From assembly GCF_004010195.1 (NCBI RefSeq), contig NC_057719.1, forward strand, positions 40,467,323 through 40,531,322: a stretch of 64,000 nucleotides of DNA, in the 5' to 3' direction. The notes beneath the pieces were generated by a model. That model ran no database searches, was not told where the DNA came from, and saw only the letters and a list, made by a program, of their open reading frames with translations. Below, piece by piece: positions 25,662-38,086 of the stretch. The stretch comes from Chiloscyllium plagiosum. Taxonomy: Eukaryota. Positions within the stretch are counted from its first letter, which is position 1, and every line of letters starts with the position of its first letter. A program made the translations under genes and the position numbers.

Positions 25662-27848
25662 ACCTATCCACAGCACTGCACTCAGGCCTTTGGGAAGAAA
25701 CCGAGCAAAACACAGGACTGGCTTGAAGCGAGCTCAAGTAAGTTCATTGCTGTCATCGAGATAAATGATGTTGCACTACTAGAGCACAAATACCACCCCA
25801 CCCAGGCAACATGCAAGCGCTAAGGACAGCAAGAGGCAAGGCCCAGAAAACAGCCAGATGCTGCGCAAATGATTACTGGTTACAACTATGCCAAAGCATT
25901 CAGTCATCATTTGACAAGGGCAACATCCCTGGAGTGTATGAGGGGATCAAGAAAACCATCGATCCAACCCAGAGCTTAACAGGCGAGACCATCAAAGACA
26001 AAGGCAAGCAGATGGAGGCATAGGTAGAGCATAACTCCAAACTCTACTCCAGAGAACACAGCATCTTGGACAGCATACTAGATGCCATGGAATGCCTGCC
26101 TGTCATGGAGTACTTGATGCTTTGCCAACTGCCGAAAAGCTGTTGACAGCCTGCCAAATGGGAAGGCACCAGTATTGGATAGCATTCCACCAGAGACTAT
26201 CAAGTGCGCAAAGAGCGTCCTGCTAAACCACCTGCACGAACTACTGCACCAGTGCTGGAAAGAGGGACTGCAACATTGTCACCCTGTATAAGAACAAAGG
26301 GGACAGAAGCGGCTGTAACAACTAAAGGGCAATCTCTTTGCTGAGCATCGTTGGGCAGGTCTTCACCTGCGTGGTCCTGAACATAGTGCAGAAAATCGCT
26401 GAAAGGGTTTCAGATCAGAAGATTCCACAGTCGACATGATCTTCTCCTTTCAGCAGCTGCAAGAGAAATGCACAGAGCAAAGACAACCACTCCATGTTGC
26501 TTTCATTGACCTCGAGAAGGCCTTCGACCTTGTGAGCAGAGATGGCCTGCTCAAAATCTTCGCCAGGATTGGTTGTTCCCTGAGATTTCTCTGGATAGTT
26601 CAGTCATTCCACGCAGACATGAAGGGCGTCATTCCATTTGATAGCTCTTCAGAGGCCTTCAACATTCACTGCAGTGTGAAGCAGGGTTGTGTGCTTGTCA
26701 TCACCCTGTTTGACCTCATCTTTGCAGTCATGCTGAAGCATGTCTTTGGAACATCAACTGTTGGTGTCTGCTGCCACACTAGATCGGACGGGAGGCTGTT
26801 CAGTCTGTCCGGCTGAGGGCAAAAACCACGGTTCGTGAAGTCCTCATCAGGAACATGTTGTTTGCAGATGATGCAGCACTGGTAACACACTCGGAAGAGC
26901 AACTGCAACACCTAATGGACAACTTCTCAAGAGTCTGCCAGGTCTTCAGCTTGACCATCAGCCTGAAGAAGACCAACGTGTTGGGTCGAGGCATTGAGCA
27001 CCCCCTCCCCCCAATTATCATAATCAACTACGAGCTGGAGGTGTCCATGAGTTTACATAGCTTGGTTCCACCATCATGGATAGTCTCTCCCTAGGCTCTG
27101 AGATCAACAGATGGATCTGACTAACAGCCTCAACGTTCGTCAGGTTGACACAGTGAGTCAGGGAGAACAGAAAGCTGACGACTCTCACCAAGGTTGCAGT
27201 CTATAGAGCCTGCATCCTCAGCACACTGCTTTATGGCAGCAAGAACTGGAGCCTCTACTCCAGACAAGAGCGGCATCTCAATGTCTTCCACCTTCGCAGC
27301 CAGAGACACATCCTGAACATCAAGTGGACTGACTGAGTCACTAACAATAAGTCCTGGCCTGCGCCCAGATACCCAGCCTCTCCACCCTGCTCCAACAATG
27401 CCATTTCCATTGGCTGGGCCACGTACACAGCATATCAGACAGGAGAATCCCGAAAGACCTGCTGTACGGGGAACTGGTCTTCAGCAAGAGAGCACAAGAT
27501 TGGCCCCATCTTCATTTCAAAGATGTCTGCAAGAGAGACGTGAAGTCACTGGCCATGAACGTAGAGAGGTGGGAGGACATTGCAAGCGATCACTCTCACT
27601 GGAGGCTTGAATTACAGAGGCCTAAAAAGAGAAGAGAAGCTGAGGCTTGCTGCTGAACAAAAATGCACCTGCTGATAAAACAGCAAGACAACACAAGAGG
27701 ATAGCACCTTGAAGTGCAGTCACTGCAGCTGAGAGTGTCACTTCCGTGTGGGCCTCTACAGCCACAACAGAAGCTACTCTGCCAACAAAGATTGAAGCAA
27801 GGCTTCCCAGGCACAGATCCATGGTCTCACGTGATTACCAGATGCCAC
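25662..27848 (+). mobile_element. RTE-clade LINE, 5'-truncated, nested in the PLE
   Basis: DMIFSFQQLQEKCTEQRQPLHVAFIDLEKAFDLVSR, VKQGCVL and LFADDAAL motifs, ending in an RTE-type 3' end (ccatggtctc...gatgcca). Confidence 0.88.
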
Positions 27849-27869
27849 TCAACAAACAGGAAGACACAC

Positions 27870-28000
27870 TAGGTAAAAACAATGACTGCAGATGCTGGAA
27901 ACCAGATTCTGGATCAGTGGTGCTGGAAGAGCACAGCAATTCAGGCAGCATCCGACGAGCAGCAAAATCGACGTTTCGGGCAAAAGCCCTTCATCAGGAA
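27870..28000 (-). mobile_element. Single-arm PLE-derived mini-element with intact minimal hammerhead
   Basis: Near-identical to about 31086-31211 (opposite strand) and to 29916-30005. Confidence 0.8.
27970..27997 (-). ncRNA. Minimal type I hammerhead ribozyme motif (CUGAUGA-A-GGGC UUUU GCCC-GAAA-CGUC)
   Basis: Consensus CUGANGA/GAAA/NUH core, 4-bp stem II, palindromic ACGU stem III. Activity is not shown. Confidence 0.7.
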
Positions 28001-29974
28001 GCACAGCATACCCAGAGACTCCAGCCACACTGCTGTATGTCAAAGACATCTCTGAGATGACGACCAGACTACTCCGATTCCTTGGCACCATGTAGCCCAC
28101 AAAGCTTCCAACACACTGAAACAGGTACTGATAAAGCTAAAGGACCCCGTACCAACAACCACAGAATGAATGTCATATACAAAATGCCCTCCAAGGACTG
28201 TAACAGACACTACAATGGACAGACGGACAGGAAACTAGCCACTAGTATACATGAACACCAACTAGCCACCAAACGACATGACCAGCTATCACTAGTGTCC
28301 TTACACATAGATGAAGAGGGACACCAGTTTGATTAGGACTGGACACCCATCCTAGGACAGGCTAAACAAAAACACACACAGGAATTCCTACAAGTCTGGC
28401 ATTCAAAAAGGAACTCCATTAACAAACACATTGATTTGGACCCCATTTACCAACCTCTCAGGAAAAGAACTGGAAGTGATATCACTCTCCACAGCAGACC
28501 AGAATAGAAAGCAGGTCAGAACAAGAGTGCTTCATAAGAGGCTCACTGATGTTGTTACCTAGCATGGTGACTAAACATCTGAGAACAAATCTCCCAGCTC
28601 AGCGAGCAAGCTTATAGCCAGAACTATAACCTGATACAAATCTTGGCACAAATCGCAATCATATCTTTTTTGATTTCTGTTTTTTAAACCTCCCTTTTAC
28701 TAATACAAGCTTTTTTAAGGTCAGTTTGTCTAGGATTATGTGTCAATGTCTTGACATTTAAACTTTATTTTGTGCTCATCCAAGCCACACTAACCATTTC
28801 CTCAAGTAGGTGTATTTTTCTGACACCTGTTCTTCAGTGCCATGAATTTTGTCATGTTTGTTACTTCAGTGATAACTGTCACTTTTGCACACTTACATTG
28901 GTGTCCCAAGCTCACATTATGCATCTTATCAAAAGATCCATGAGATTTTACTTAATCTCTCCATGTATGGTCACGATACCTTATAGTGGCTCAGTCGTCA
29001 TGTTACGTTTTGTTGGAAGGAAAGACAAGGACACAGACATCACCAAGAGAAAGCTATAATTTTAGTGCTCTTATTTAATCTTCCTTTTCATTGTTAACCT
29101 CAATTGCTGTTACAGCCCATTATTCTAATTAATTTCTTTTTTGTCTTCTGCAACCTCTCTCCTCCCTTAATCACATACTCTCATCCAATTTTGCAACTTA
29201 ACAATTACCATTCAATCTGATTCCAGACACCTGGAGAGATTTGTATGGAGTATGTTTTTTTTAATATCCAAAAACAGAAGTAAAACATTTCTGTTTGATT
29301 CAAGCAAAAACATACTTTGCTCATTGTTTCTCTGAGATGACTGCTCTTGATAACTCATTCTAGATGTTTGATATATCCGTGTGTAAATTTGTCCTAATTC
29401 AATATTTTGTTTACTCCCTCAAAATCATGAAAATTTTTATGCATTAAACCACTGAGGCTGTTTGCATGCATTTTACCATTTTCCAGAATGCTTTTAACTT
29501 GTCAGGTGATTGTTCCCTTTAAATGTTCTGGTTTGCCAGGACATGAATCTTAATTGTAATATACCTAAGTGTATCCAGGTTTACTGGTTCTAAGATTCTT
29601 GATACTCAATACATTTAATGTTTTCACCGTATTTCTCCAATGTTGCGATGTGTTGTTAATGAAAGGCTTGATGGGTTGAGGATGCCTCGCCTATCACTGT
29701 TGTGATGAAGAATATCTGCAGACAGGTTCAGAAATAGCAATTGGCAAAAGTCTTCAGAAAAAAATTAGGGATCTATTAAAATCTTATGAACATTAATATT
29801 CTACAGCGCACTAAAAGTTGCACTTTTTCGAGCTAAAAGGTTAAGTTGCCATAATACCCAAAGACCATTAGAGACAGATGACTAGTGCTGATTTGAACTG
29901 TCTGATCCCAGCCCTCGATCAGTGGTGCTGGAAGAGCACAGCAATTCAGGCAGCATCCAAGGACAGGCAAAATC

Positions 29975-30002
29975 GACGTTTCGGGCAAGAGCCCTTCATC
30001 AG
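29975..30002 (-). ncRNA. Minimal hammerhead ribozyme motif (CUGAUGA-A-GGGC UCUU GCCC-GAAA-CGUC)
   Basis: Intact core; differs from the 27970 copy only in loop II. Confidence 0.7.
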
Positions 30003-30372
30003 GAATAAAGGCAGAGAGCCTGAAGCGTGGAGAGATAAGCTAGAGGAGGGTGGGGGTGGGGATAGAGTAGCATAGAGTACAATAGGTCAGTGGGGAAGGA
30101 GATGAAGGTGATAGGTCAGGGAGGAGAGGGTGGAGTGGATAGGTGGAAAAGGAGCTGGGCAGGTCGGACAAGTCCGGACAGGTCAGGGGATCGAGTTGCT
30201 GGAGGTTAGAAGCTAGGATGAGGTGGGGGAAGGGGAAATGAGGAAACTGTTAAAATCCACATTGATGCCCTGGGGTTGAAGTGTTCCGAGGCAGAAGATG
30301 AGGCGTTCTTCCTCCAGGCATCTGGTGGTGAGGGAGTGGCGGTGAAGGAGGCCCAGGACCTCCATGTCCATG

Positions 30373-31011
30373 NNNNNNNNNNNNNNNNNNNNNNNNNNNN
30401 NNNNNNNNNNNNNNNNNNNNNNNNNNNNNNNNNNNNNNNNNNNNNNNNNNNNNNNNNNNNNNNNNNNNNNNNNNNNNNNNNNNNNNNNNNNNNNNNNNNN
30501 NNNNNNNNNNNNNNNNNNNNNNNNNNNNNNNNNNNNNNNNNNNNNNNNNNNNNNNNNNNNNNNNNNNNNNNNNNNNNNNNNNNNNNNNNNNNNNNNNNNN
30601 NNNNNNNNNNNNNNNNNNNNNNNNNNNNNNNNNNNNNNNNNNNNNNNNNNNNNNNNNNNNNNNNNNNNNNNNNNNNNNNNNNNNNNNNNNNNNNNNNNNN
30701 NNNNNNNNNNNNNNNNNNNNNNNNNNNNNNNNNNNNNNNNNNNNNNNNNNNNNNNNNNNNNNNNNNNNNNNNNNNNNNNNNNNNNNNNNNNNNNNNNNNN
30801 NNNNNNNNNNNNNNNNNNNNNNNNNNNNNNNNNNNNNNNNNNNNNNNNNNNNNNNNNNNNNNNNNNNNNNNNNNNNNNNNNNNNNNNNNNNNNNNNNNNN
30901 NNNNNNNNNNNNNNNNNNNNNNNNNNNNNNNNNNNNNNNNNNNNNNNNNNNNNNNNNNNNNNNNNNNNNNNNNNNNNNNNNNNNNNNNNNNNNNNNNNNN
31001 NNNNNNNNNNN
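30373..31011. other. Assembly gap (N run)
   Basis: Run of n. Confidence 1.
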
Positions 31012-31489
31012 CTCTTATGATGTGGGGTTGAACAAATGGGCCTGTACTGTAATAGAGGAGATTCTTTGAAACACGGTTATTTGGGGTGAAGGGCTTTTGC
31101 CCGAAACATCGATTTTGCCTGTCCTCGGATGCTGCCTGAATTGCTGTGCTCTTCCAGCACCACTGATCCAGAATCTGGTTTCCAGCATCTGCAGTCATTG
31201 TTTTTACCTACCTGATCCCAGCCCTGAATGAGCAGCCCCTTAGCATGAGACTGTAACATTCTCTGCTCAAAATGTGTGTTATGTTTCAAAATATTTTCTG
31301 TATATTCCTTGTTAAAGTGTATGTACTTCTATCTCCAGTCATATGTCAGTATCCAAGCTGTCACTCTGTTTTTGTAACTTGTTCTGTAGACTGCTTATAT
31401 TTTATATTTGGTTATAAGTGACAAATATGGGTGCTGCGGGACAGTTCATTCCAGACTTTTTAAGACTTAATCTTACCATGCTGAACACT

Positions 31490-31832
31490 GTGGGCGGCAC
31501 GGTGGCACGTGGGCGGTATGGTGGCACAGTGGTTAGCACTGCTGCCTCACAGCACCTGAGACCCGGGTTCAATTCCCGCCTCAGGCGACTGACTGTGTGG
31601 AGTTTGCACATTCTCCCCGTGTCTGCGTGGGTTTCCTCCGTGTGCTCCGGTTTCCTCCCACAGTCCAAAGATGTGCAGGGTCAGGTGAATTGGCCATGCT
31701 AAATTGCCCGTAGTGTTAGGTAAGGGGTAAATGTAGGGGTATGGGTGGGTTGCACTTCGGCGGGTCGGTGTGGACTTGTTGGGCCGAAGGGCCTGTTTCC
31801 ACACTGTAATGTAATCTAATCTAATCTAATCT
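31490..31832 (+). mobile_element. Young HE1-type SINE with (AATCT)n tail and duplicated 5' head
   Basis: Near-consensus box A/B, CpGs retained, aatctaatctaatctaatct tail. Confidence 0.9.
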
Positions 31833-32155
31833 TCACAAAGTCTTTAAAAAAAAAGACTTATTTACTCCATCAGAATCCTCTGCCACTATGAGCACATATT
31901 TTGCTCCAGCTGCCCCTGCTTTCATAATCAGCTGCTCTGTATCATACAGAAATGGTGCTTACACTTTCTGATTGCACTTAAGATTTACTCCACATGCATG
32001 CAACCACAAATATAAAATTATTGGTTCTCACACCATTTAGTTCTCAACTTTTGAAAGATCCTACTCTTGACATGAAATGTTAAATTGTTTTTAGGAGTTT
32101 GTGATTCCAGTTTCTTAAAATTGGCAGTTGACCATTTGTGAGCAATTTTCATATG

Positions 32156-32314
32156 CAGTCAGTTCTGCGATAACGCATGTTTCTTTGCAAATTAACTTGT
32201 ACAAAATCAAAGAATTTAGACCATTATTTGCAGAAAATGCACTTTCCTTCCTTGGCTAGAATGTGATTGTGGTCGCATAAGAACCATACCATTGCATTAT
32301 ATCAGAACAGACTG
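32156..32314. mobile_element. pogo/Tigger-like MITE (old)
   Basis: Imperfect TIRs cagtcagttctgcgataacgca / tgcattatatcagaacagactg. Confidence 0.55.
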
Positions 32315-33709
32315 TGGCTTATTGAGTTTATGATGAGGCAATTTGGACATAATACCTTGGGGTTAATTATGCACAGAAAAGAATTATGAGACTTGTGACA
32401 GGTGAGAAGACTTCACCACTCCCAAAGCTGTTCTGTAAAATGAAGAGGCAGAAGTGGTGGATCGTCTACGTTTTGGAGTAATGGGATGTATATCCCTGAA
32501 GTTTTACAGTCTTTGGTGGTAACAGTCTTTGTTAATCCCTTGAATTTTGGTCTTCTCTGAATGAGATGATAGGTTATTCCCATGGGTCGTCTTCCCTCTC
32601 TCCATCTCACTTCCTGCCTCCCTGTTGAAATACCTTACTTTTAGGGCTGGCAATCTATGCTGCATCAATCACCTATCTGAACCATTATCACGATCACTGT
32701 TGTCCCATTGCCCACTTCAGTTTGAAGATTAATTGTCATTCCTTCTCCGACCAAAGCATCCTGTTCTCCCAAATGCTGCATTGATAATAATGACTGAAAA
32801 ATCTTTGACAGTTCAATTGACTATCATTATCTCACTGATTCCTGTGAGCTTCCATGTATTTTCATATACTAGAGGTTTGTTTCTGTTTGTAAATGGCTCA
32901 TTACGACTGCAACACAGTTAAATGAGGTCTCCTGCTGCACAGTTAATACACGGTATGGAATACTGAAAGGATTCTGTTTTAAAGGGGACCACACGTTCCA
33001 ATAATTTACAACCCTCGTTACACTATTTGAAAGGACACTGATCCCACCTTCAAATGAAGCTCATTCCAGTGGAGCAACTGTCTTGTTCCCAAGTACTGGA
33101 ACCAGGACCACATGACCAGCTTCACCGCCACCAGTCTTTGAGCTACACATTTACCTCTCTAATCTTTCTTACTCTGTTCCAATTTGTATATGGCTCAAAT
33201 TGTATCCAAAGAGTATTGCCTTTGTGATTCTGCTTTCTAATTTACCCCAAACTGCTCATAATGCCCCAGCAGAACATCTTCCTGAGACGTACCTATCTTA
33301 TTGGTGACTGCATAGATTACAACACCTGAATCCTTTTCCCACCAACTCCAAGTTCCTCTCCAGTAGAGAAGATATGTCCTGAACTGGGAGCAAGAATCTC
33401 ATATGTATTGGACAAGGGTACCATTCGAGGCTTCCACATTGTAAAATGCTGGATCCTCATACCTGCCTCACTCACAGTCTTACCCTGCTGTCCCTGACCA
33501 TGGACAAAATTTGATGTAATTAACCTAAGCAGTATGATTGCTTCCTGAAACAATGTATTGTATTCCTAATAGTTATCTTTTTTTTGGAATGTTTTGTGGA
33601 GGAGATGGTGTTTTACCCATTCATAGCCATTGAAATGCAGGATCAGAAAGAATTTTATACTGTTATGGTTTAAAAAAAATGCCTGCTTTATCATTATCTG
33701 ATCTTACAG

Positions 33710-33806
33710 GTTCAACTATAATTGTGAGAGAAACTACTTTGATGCCAAATATCCATGGACTTCCAACTCTCATCTGTTTGTTATTCGCTCCAGTTGTAGA
33801 ACTAAG
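33710..33806 (+). CDS. TDRD9: TDRD9 coding exon (STIIVRETTLMPNIHGLPTLICLLFAPVVELR)
   Basis: AG/GT flanked, phase 1 to 2. Resembles human LRETSLMPHIPGLPALLSMLFAPVIELR. Confidence 0.95.
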
Positions 33807-34236
33807 GTACATGTAAAAATATGCATGAGAATCGCTGCATAAAATTTCATTTATTTTATGTCTTTCTCTTTTGTCACTTTAAACATTCTTCCTTTAACCA
33901 GACTAGTGATCTGGGTCACTTCTCTACAAAACTAGCTGTGGTGTCTGATGACTGTGTTTGTAAAGAAGCATTTTTTTTTATGTGATGATATTGAATTTAA
34001 AATTTCCAAATGGTAGGCATATATTCTTTCTCTTAGAGCTGTGTATCTTTGCATCTGAACACAAGCATCAGTTGTCAAAATTGCTCAAAGATTCTGGTTG
34101 ATGCTTGTCTTCAGCAGCCACAATGAAGCATATGAGAATAGCACACAAGTTATAATTTTAGAGGTAGGATGGTTGTACCGTTTGGTGTTTTTGGTTGTCC
34201 TCGCCTAGGCTGATTGTTAATTTTCTGTTTCTACAG

Positions 34237-34375
34237 AACTGAGAGACGGAGAAAATATTACACTGGTGCTTTGTGTGGCTTAGGGTGGAATCCAATAAAC
34301 AATGCCCCTCTATTGGAAGAACATGATCTGGAAGTTGTTTTTGATGTGCATTTTGATGTAAATGATATTATGGAG
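34237..34375 (+). CDS. TDRD9: TDRD9 coding exon (TERRRKYYTGALCGLGWNP...EHDLEVVFDVHFDVNDIME)
   Basis: AG/GT flanked, YYTGxLCGLGWNP motif. Confidence 0.95.
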
Positions 34376-34850
34376 GTAGTGTGCTAATACAGTGTGATTT
34401 GCTAAGAAACTTAACTGTTCTCCACCTGAATTCCATCTATAATATTTTTAAATTTTGTTAAAGGGATGACCCGTGCCTTCTGGATAATATTTTATTTTAC
34501 ATGAAATTTCTTAAGTTGTGTAATTAAATTTTAGGTGGCTGATATTTGATTGTGAATATTCACAAATTGAAGATTTAAAATTTTGAAATACTTCTTGCTC
34601 TTTGGTAAACATTTAGAATTATGCTAACTATCTGAAACTAAAGATAATTTAATAATGATACAACAGCTAGTTAGGAAGGAAAGTTGAGACTTTGTTGGTT
34701 GAGCTTTCTTATTGCTGACATCAGATTTCCAAATGTTAAATTAGTTAAAGTTAACTTGCATCATTTGATATGTAGTCACCTTTCATTTAAAAGCTGAAAT
34801 ATTTTTTACCTAATAAACTCTAGGGAAGCGTAATCTAGCAGGAGGAAGAC

Positions 34851-36768
34851 TCTGGATGTAAGTTTGCTCACTGAGCTGGAAGGTTCTTTTTCAAAAGTTT
34901 TGTCACCATATTAGGTAGCATCAGTGAGCCTCCGGTAAAGCACTGGTGTTGGTGACCCGCTTTCTATTTGTGTTTAGGTTTCCTTGGGTTGGTGATGTAA
35001 TTTCCTGTTCCTTCTCTCAGAGGGTAGTAAATGGGGTCTAAGTCGATCTGTTTGTTGAGTGTTCTGGTTGGAATGCCATGCTTCTAGGAATTCTCGTGCA
35101 TGTCTATATTGGCTTGTCCTAGGTTGGATGTGTTGACCCAGTTGAAGTGGTGTCCTTCCTCATCTGTATGTAAGGATACTAGTGAGAGTGGGTCATGTCT
35201 CTTTGTGGCTAGTTGATGTTCATGTATCCTTGTGGCTAATGTTCTGCCTGTTTGTCCAATGTAGTATTTGTTATAGTTCTTGCAATGTATTTTGTAAATG
35301 ACATTAGTTTTGCTTGTTATCTATATAGGCTCTTTAAAGTTCATTAGCTGCTGTTTTAGTGTGTTGGTGGGTTTGTGGGCTACCATGATGCCAAGACGTC
35401 TGAATAGTCTGGCTGCCATTTCCGAGATGTCTTTGATGTATGGGAGAGTGGCTAGGGTTTCTGGACACATATTTTGTTTTCTTGTTTGGGTTTGTTGCTG
35501 AGAAATTGGCAGACTGTGTTCATTGGGAACCCATTCTTTTTGAATACACTGTGTAGTATTTTCCTCTGCTCTGCGTAGTTCCTCTGTGCTGCAGTGTGTG
35601 GTGGTTCATTGAAATAATGTTCTAATGTAGCTTTGTTTGTGGGTGTCGAGGTGATTGTTTCTGTAATTCAGTATTTGGTCCGTATGTGTTGTTTTCCTGT
35701 ACACGTTGGTTTGAAGTTCCCGATTGGTTGTTGGCTCAACTATGACATCTAGGAATTACAGTTTTGTTGTCGTTTTTCCTCCTTTTTAGTGAATTTTATG
35801 CCAGTAGGATCTTATTGATGGTCTTGAAGATTTCCTCCAATTTGTTTCGTTGAGTGATGACAAAGGTGTCATTCGCATAGTCCACACAGTTTAGGTTGGA
35901 TGGTTGGCAGAGCTGTTTGTTCGAGTCTCTGCATTACTGCCTCAGCTAAGAACCCTGATATTGGAGATCCCAAGGGTGTTCCGTTGGTTTGTCTGTAAGT
36001 TTTGTAATTGAAAGTGAAGTGGGTGGTAAGGCATAGGTCCGCCAGCTTGATGACATTATCCTTGCTGGTGAAGTTGATGGTGTTTGGTGTATGTGTCTTT
36101 GCTTCTTTTAATAGTGTAGTCAGTGTTTCCTTGGCCAGATTGATGTTGATGGATGTGAACAGGGCTATTATGTTAAAGGAGACCATTGTTTCATCCACTT
36201 CTATCTTGGTGTCTTTGGAATTCAGGAATTCCTGGGTGTCGTGGTGTGAGTCTTCTACTAAGTGTTTTAGTCTTTGGTGTAGCTCCTTGGCTAATCTGTA
36301 CGTTGATGTGCCTTGCAAGAACTGTAACAAACACTACATTGGGTAAACAGAAAACTAGCCACCGTGATACATGAATATCAACTAGCCACAAAAAGATGTG
36401 ACCCACTCTCACGAGTATCCTTACATACAGATGAAGAAGGATACTACTTTGACTGGGACAACACATCTATCCTAGGACAAGCCAAACAGAGATGCGCACG
36501 AGGATTCCTGGAAGCACGGCATTCCAACCGGAACTCCTATCAACAAACACACCAACTTTGACACCATTTACCACCCTCTGAGAAAAAGAACAGGAAATGA
36601 CGACATTACAGGAAATGACATCACTAACTCAAGGAAACCTAAACACAAATAGAAAGCAGATCACTAATGCCAGTGCTTCACTGGAGGCTCACTGATGATG
36701 TTACCTAGTACAGTGCCGAAACTTGTGAAAACGAACCTTCCAGCTCAGCGAGCAAACTTACATCCAGG
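34851..36768 (-). mobile_element. Penelope-like element (RT and GIY-YIG on -) with an inverted GIY-YIG/pLTR segment (about 36300-36768 on +)
   Basis: Minus ORF 35869..36330 (SFNIIALFTSI, GTPLGSPISGFLAE). Termini ctggatgtaagtttgctc / gagcaaacttacatccag are inverted. Confidence 0.9.
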
Positions 36769-36769
36769 A

Positions 36770-37320
36770 CAAAGTTTGTGAGAAGATTTGTAGCTCGGGT
36801 GCTCGTTGTTGTGGTTCTGTTCGCCGAGCTGGGAATTTGTGTTGCAGATGTTTCGTCCCCTATCTAGGTGACATCCTCCGTGCTTGGGAGCCTCCCGTGA
36901 AGCAGATTGATGTGCTTATTGATGTGCCACGAAACGACACGAGCAGCTATCCTTAGTAGCCACACATGCAGATGACAAGCAACATGAATTCGACTGGGAC
37001 AACACCACTATTATAGGACAAGCCAAACACACGGAATTCCTAGAGGCATGGCATTCATCCACAGATTCAATCAATAAGCACATCGATCTGGACCCAATAT
37101 ACCGACTACTGCAACGGACAGTTGGAACTGACAACCGGAAGCAGCAGATTCAAACCACTACAAATGCCGGAGGAAAGATCACAGAAGCGCTTTACAGGAG
37201 GCTCCCAAGCCCTGAGGATGTTACTCAGACGGGGAACGAAACGTCTGCAACACAAATTCCCAGCTCGGCGAACAGGCATTCAGGACCTCAACCCGAGCTA
37301 TAGATCTTCTCATAACTCGC
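36770..37320 (+). mobile_element. Second PLE subfamily fragment with inverted pLTRs
   Basis: About 36820-36905 is the reverse complement of about 37185-37273. Internal GIY-YIG C-terminal DWDNTTIIGQAK..EFLEAWHS. Confidence 0.85.
37212..37245 (+). ncRNA. Minimal hammerhead motif in pLTR (CUGAGGA-U-GUUACUC AGAC GGGGAAC-GAAA-CGUC)
   Basis: Core intact, stem II with one mismatch. Mutated mirror copy at about 36847-36880 on -. Confidence 0.6.
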
Positions 37321-38086
37321 TAAGAGCAAGGCTGTTTATCTGATGATAAATAAGGATATAAGATGTAATATTTTTTGGCAATGGGTTCATGTACAGCTTT
37401 GTAAAATAATTCTGTACTTGGAAGAATGAAAATTTCTTTTTAATTCATGTACAAATAATGCCACTTTCATAGGGATTTGAGTCTGAAATCAATTCTGCAT
37501 TGTGCATAATGGGTTGCTAATTGCTAATATGCGTTATTTTTGGCATCTTATGAAAGAAATCGAATTTATGACTGCACAAATGTTAAGGCTGCTTCTTCGT
37601 GATGTTGAAAGGTGACACTAAGAAAGCAAGTATTTTCACAATTACCTAAATTGCTACATTGCCCTTGAAATTCATTCAAATAATGAAAAATTGTTTGTTC
37701 TGAAAGCTGAACTCCACACTGAAATTACAAATTAATTCTGTGCTTCAAGACCCGTTTGGTATAATTTCAGATGGGCTCAGTCATTTTGATATGTGACACT
37801 GCTGTTAAATATATAATCATTCTCGTGTCAAATATTTAACAATAAATTTCTGTTCTCCAAATGTCTGTCAGCTACCTCAAATAGATTTCATCTTCTGTAA
37901 TGTGTTACAGGCTAGTATATTTGTCAGTCTTCTCAGACTGTGTTCTTGAGTTTGTGTTGATAGAATGGAATTATTTTTTTCCATCAACTTTTTTTTTAAT
38001 CAACTTAGCTACGTATTGGATAGATTCAATAAAATGTTTCTCATCTTGAAAATGTTGAAAAATTATGTTTGAACCTTTACCTTTAG

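Larger units (their letters stand above)
25030..28660 (+). mobile_element. Penelope-like element (RT plus GIY-YIG plus pLTR), interrupted by an RTE LINE and a mini-element
   Basis: MGSPISG.LAE, PKLWVSYVDDIF, PFLDV and NVIYKMP.KDC.RHY.GQT.RKLATSIHEH motifs. Confidence 0.9.
29916..31211. mobile_element. PLE-derived element with inverted ends spanning an assembly gap
   Basis: Perfect 14-bp TSD ctgatcccagccct at 29902-29915 and 31212-31225. Minus strand about 30240-30370 encodes RCLEEERLIFCLGTLQPQGIN (PLE GIY-YIG C-terminus). Confidence 0.78.

Noticed and set aside
30206..31198. Long ORFs of 218-330 aa in the ORF track
   Set aside because: They are open only because they span the N gap.
31490..31580. 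tRNA-like sequences here and at 12421, 14456 and 20283
   Set aside because: They run directly into SINE core and tail; these are SINE heads, not tRNA genes.
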